DNA of 64,000 nucleotides from an uncultured Gammaproteobacteria bacterium (lineage in GTDB: Bacteria; Patescibacteriota; Microgenomatia; Daviesbacterales; UBA10151), in NCBI GenBank assembly GCA_964489875.1, contig CAZAZW010000001.1, forward strand, positions 183,816 through 247,815, written 5' to 3'. The notes beneath the pieces are model-generated. The model was given only the letters and a program-made list of their open reading frames with translations, did not search any database and was not told the origin of the DNA. Position 1 is the stretch's first letter. Each line of letters begins with the position of its first letter. Shown one piece after another: positions 62,084 to 64,000 of the stretch. Made by a program: the position numbers and the translations under genes.

Positions 62084-62608
62084 TTAAACTTGCTTTCTAA
62101 TCTCATCCTGAATCTTCTCAATGCTTCCTACCCCATCAACTTCAACTAAAATACCCTGTTGCTTATAATGATCGAGCAACGGCTGTGTTTGCTGATAATA
62201 CAAATCCAGACGTTTATTAATAAGCTCCTCCGTGTCATCCGCCCTACCTCTTTGCAAAAGCCTTTGAACCACTTCCTCCCGTGGGACATTTAGATAAATC
62301 ACCTTGTCAAAATCCGGCTCAAAGATATTTACTTGTTCTATAGTCCTCGGATAACCATCTAAAACAAAACCATTTTTTGTATCTTCTTCGCCAACTCTTT
62401 TCTTCACTAACTGCGCTGTAGTTTGATCATCCACTAATTGGCCGGAGTCCAAAATCTGCTTGATCCTTTTTCCATCCTCAGAATTGGAAGCCCCAATTTG
62501 GCGGAAGAGATCACCTACCGTAATTTTTGGAAAACCCAAAAACTCCGCCAAAAGAGTAGCCTGAGTTGATTTACCAGATCCTTGCGGCCCAATCAGTAAT
62601 ATTTTCAT
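62084..62608 (-). CDS. adk: Adenylate kinase (short-LID form)
   Basis: 174 aa with the P-loop GPQGSGKSTQ, GFVLDGYPRT and a short LID (RGRADD). Confidence 0.9.
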   Translation of the reverse strand: MKILLIGPQGSGKSTQATLLAEFLGFPKITVGDLFRQIGASNSEDGKRIKQILDSGQLVDDQTTAQLVKKRVGEEDTKNGFVLDGYPRTIEQVNIFEPDFDKVIYLNVPREEVVQRLLQRGRADDTEELINKRLDLYYQQTQPLLDHYKQQGILVEVDGVGSIEKIQDEIRKQV

Positions 62609-62617
62609 ATTTCGTCT

Positions 62618-63910
62618 TTATCTTCTTGCAAATACGTCATAACTTCTTTCAATTAATTTACTTTCAAACTGTTTGGCAGTATCTAAGATAACCGATACCA
62701 CGATCAAGAGTCCTGTTCCCCCCAAAACCAGAGTTTGAATCCCTGTCACGGAAGATGCAATCGAGGGTAAAATTGCAATTGCGCCTAAAAATATTGCTCC
62801 GGCTAAAGTGATTCTAACCATAATATAATTTAAGAAAGCTGCCGTCTGAGTCCCCGGTCGTATCCCCGGAATAAACCCGCCGTATTTTTTAATTTCATCT
62901 GCCACTTTTGTAGGATTAAAAATAACGGCAGTATAGAAAAAGGTAAAGCCCACCACCAAAAGAAAATAAACCAGATTATAAACTAAGCTGTTTGGATTAA
63001 AGTTGACCGCCAAAAAATTACCTAAGGCAGACAGTTGTGGTTGAGGTAAACCAGACAGATATGACCCGGCGAAAGAAGGAACTAAAACCAGTGAAACTGC
63101 AAAGATAATCGGAATCACCCCGGCTTGATTAACCCGCAAAGGTAAATAAGTTTCTGCGCCTGTTTTCCCCTCTCTTCCGCCTACAAACCTTCTGGCATAA
63201 TGAACTGTAATCTGTCTTCTTCCTTCATTAATGAATACTACCCCTGCTACTACCAAAATCGAAAGGGCGGCAAAAATCAGCATATTTATTAGTTGTGTTT
63301 GATCCACAACAGAAGCTGTCTGCGTTAAAACAACCGGCACTCGGGATACAATCCCGGCAAAAATTAAAAGCGATATTCCATTACCAATACCATATTCTGT
63401 AATCAGCTCCCCAATCCACATCAAAAAAATTGTTCCCGCAGTCATACCGACAATAATAGCGGCTATTTGAAGCGGACTAATTTGAGTAATTATCCCCTGG
63501 TTCTTCAGCAATACAAACATACCGATTGCTTGCAAAATAGCAAGCGGAACAGTTAAGTATCTCGTATATTGATTAATCATTTGCCTGCCCATTTCACCTT
63601 CTTTAGATAAAGCCTCCAGTTTAGGGCTGACCATTGTAAGCAGTTGAAATATTATTGAGGCATTAATATAAGGGTTAAGCCCCAAAGAAATAACAGAAAA
63701 GTTGGCCAGTGTTCCACCTGAAAAAATATCCAAAAGCCCTAAAAATTGGTTAGAGGCAAATAACTCACGAAGCCCAGCCAAATCTACTCCGGAAACAGGT
63801 ATATGCGCGGCAATCCTAAAAATTATAACTAAAATTGTTGTAATAATTATTTTCCGCCGGAGATCTGCAATCTTAAAAGCATTAATAATAGGAGATAATA
63901 TGTTAGACAT
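62618..63910 (-). CDS. secY: Preprotein translocase subunit SecY
   Basis: 430 aa with ten TM helices and [14 protein letters not shown]. Confidence 0.95.
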   Translation of the reverse strand: MSNILSPIINAFKIADLRRKIIITTILVIIFRIAAHIPVSGVDLAGLRELFASNQFLGLLDIFSGGTLANFSVISLGLNPYINASIIFQLLTMVSPKLEALSKEGEMGRQMINQYTRYLTVPLAILQAIGMFVLLKNQGIITQISPLQIAAIIVGMTAGTIFLMWIGELITEYGIGNGISLLIFAGIVSRVPVVLTQTASVVDQTQLINMLIFAALSILVVAGVVFINEGRRQITVHYARRFVGGREGKTGAETYLPLRVNQAGVIPIIFAVSLVLVPSFAGSYLSGLPQPQLSALGNFLAVNFNPNSLVYNLVYFLLVVGFTFFYTAVIFNPTKVADEIKKYGGFIPGIRPGTQTAAFLNYIMVRITLAGAIFLGAIAILPSIASSVTGIQTLVLGGTGLLIVVSVILDTAKQFESKLIERSYDVFARR

Positions 63911-64000
63911 TTTCTACTTTCCCGCCCGCTTTTTCAATTTTTTCTCGGGCAGCAGTTGACGCGGAAAGCTTAACCACCAAAGCACTACTCACCTCTCCGT
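63903..64000 (-). CDS. rplO: 50S ribosomal protein L15, C-terminal fragment cut by the window edge
   Basis: The reverse complement reads ...[31 protein letters not shown]. The stop TAA at 63905-63903 overlaps the secY ATG. The position is the canonical one upstream of secY. Confidence 0.75.
   Translation of the reverse strand, partial: GEVSSALVVKLSASTAAREKIEKAGGKVENV

Noticed and set aside
62084-62608. Unusually short adenylate kinase (174 aa).
   Set aside because: Short-LID adenylate kinases are a known natural variant, and all catalytic motifs are present.
1-64000. I scanned by eye, so not exhaustively, for CRISPR arrays, transposases, integrases, reverse transcriptases/DGRs and toxin-antitoxin pairs.
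   Set aside because: I saw no regularly spaced repeats. No ORF showed a DDE, tyrosine-recombinase or serine-recombinase motif, or an RT (YxDD) motif. The only repeats found are the tRNA 3'-end copy, the two leader cassettes and two heptamer microsatellites.
1-64000. Alternative genetic code (UGA as Gly, as in some CPR lineages).
   Set aside because: Conserved genes (copA, recA, secY, rpoA and others) are full length with standard stops, including TGA stops at expected ends. Code 11 fits.

Overview
This is a low-GC, gene-dense bacterial window with standard genetic code, about 90 features, and most genes on the minus strand. The gene content suggests a reduced Patescibacteria/CPR-like genome (inference only): split transketolase, archaeal-type AspRS, a compact RNase P RNA, an LPXTG protein, GT39-type glycosyltransferases, and DUF5679, DUF4446 and DUF3048 proteins.

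**Main blocks**
1. 2.9-10.8 kb: a 12-gene operon with tight spacing. It is headed by a CsoR repressor with a palindromic operator and ends with CopA and CopZ. About half its genes are uncharacterised envelope proteins with Cys, Met or His motifs. This is my best candidate for an undescribed system.
2. 10.9-16.3 kb: SDR, DsbA, VKOR, split transketolase, a LOG-family gene, rpe and rpiB.
3. 16.5-19.3 kb: an FMN riboswitch followed by ribE-ribH-ribA-ribD, with no ribB.
4. 20.9-21.1 kb: tRNA-Gln with a duplicated 3' end.
5. 21.5-30.9 kb: gltX, dacA-like, aspS, alaX, recJ and cca. alaX is flanked by two paralogous leader cassettes, each with a leader peptide, alternative hairpins, a terminator and an SD. 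They look like attenuators.
6. 30.9-34.3 kb: secD and secF separated by two coupled unknown genes.
7. 36.6-50.8 kb: a frameshifted pgl-like gene, an unlisted zinc-ribbon ORF, comM, rnpB, miaA, membrane glycosyltransferases, hup, rny, recX, recA and tRNA-Pro.
8. 51.8-53.1 kb: metK with a SAM-I-clan riboswitch.
9. 57.2-64 kb: a ribosomal cluster running rplO through secY, adk, map, infA, rpmJ, rpsM, rpsK, rpsD, rpoA, rplQ, rplM to rpsI. rpsM is split by a -1 frameshift located exactly at a U UUA AAG heptamer.

I saw no CRISPR array, transposase or integrase. All calls come from reading the sequence and translations by eye and from remembered family motifs. No searches were run.
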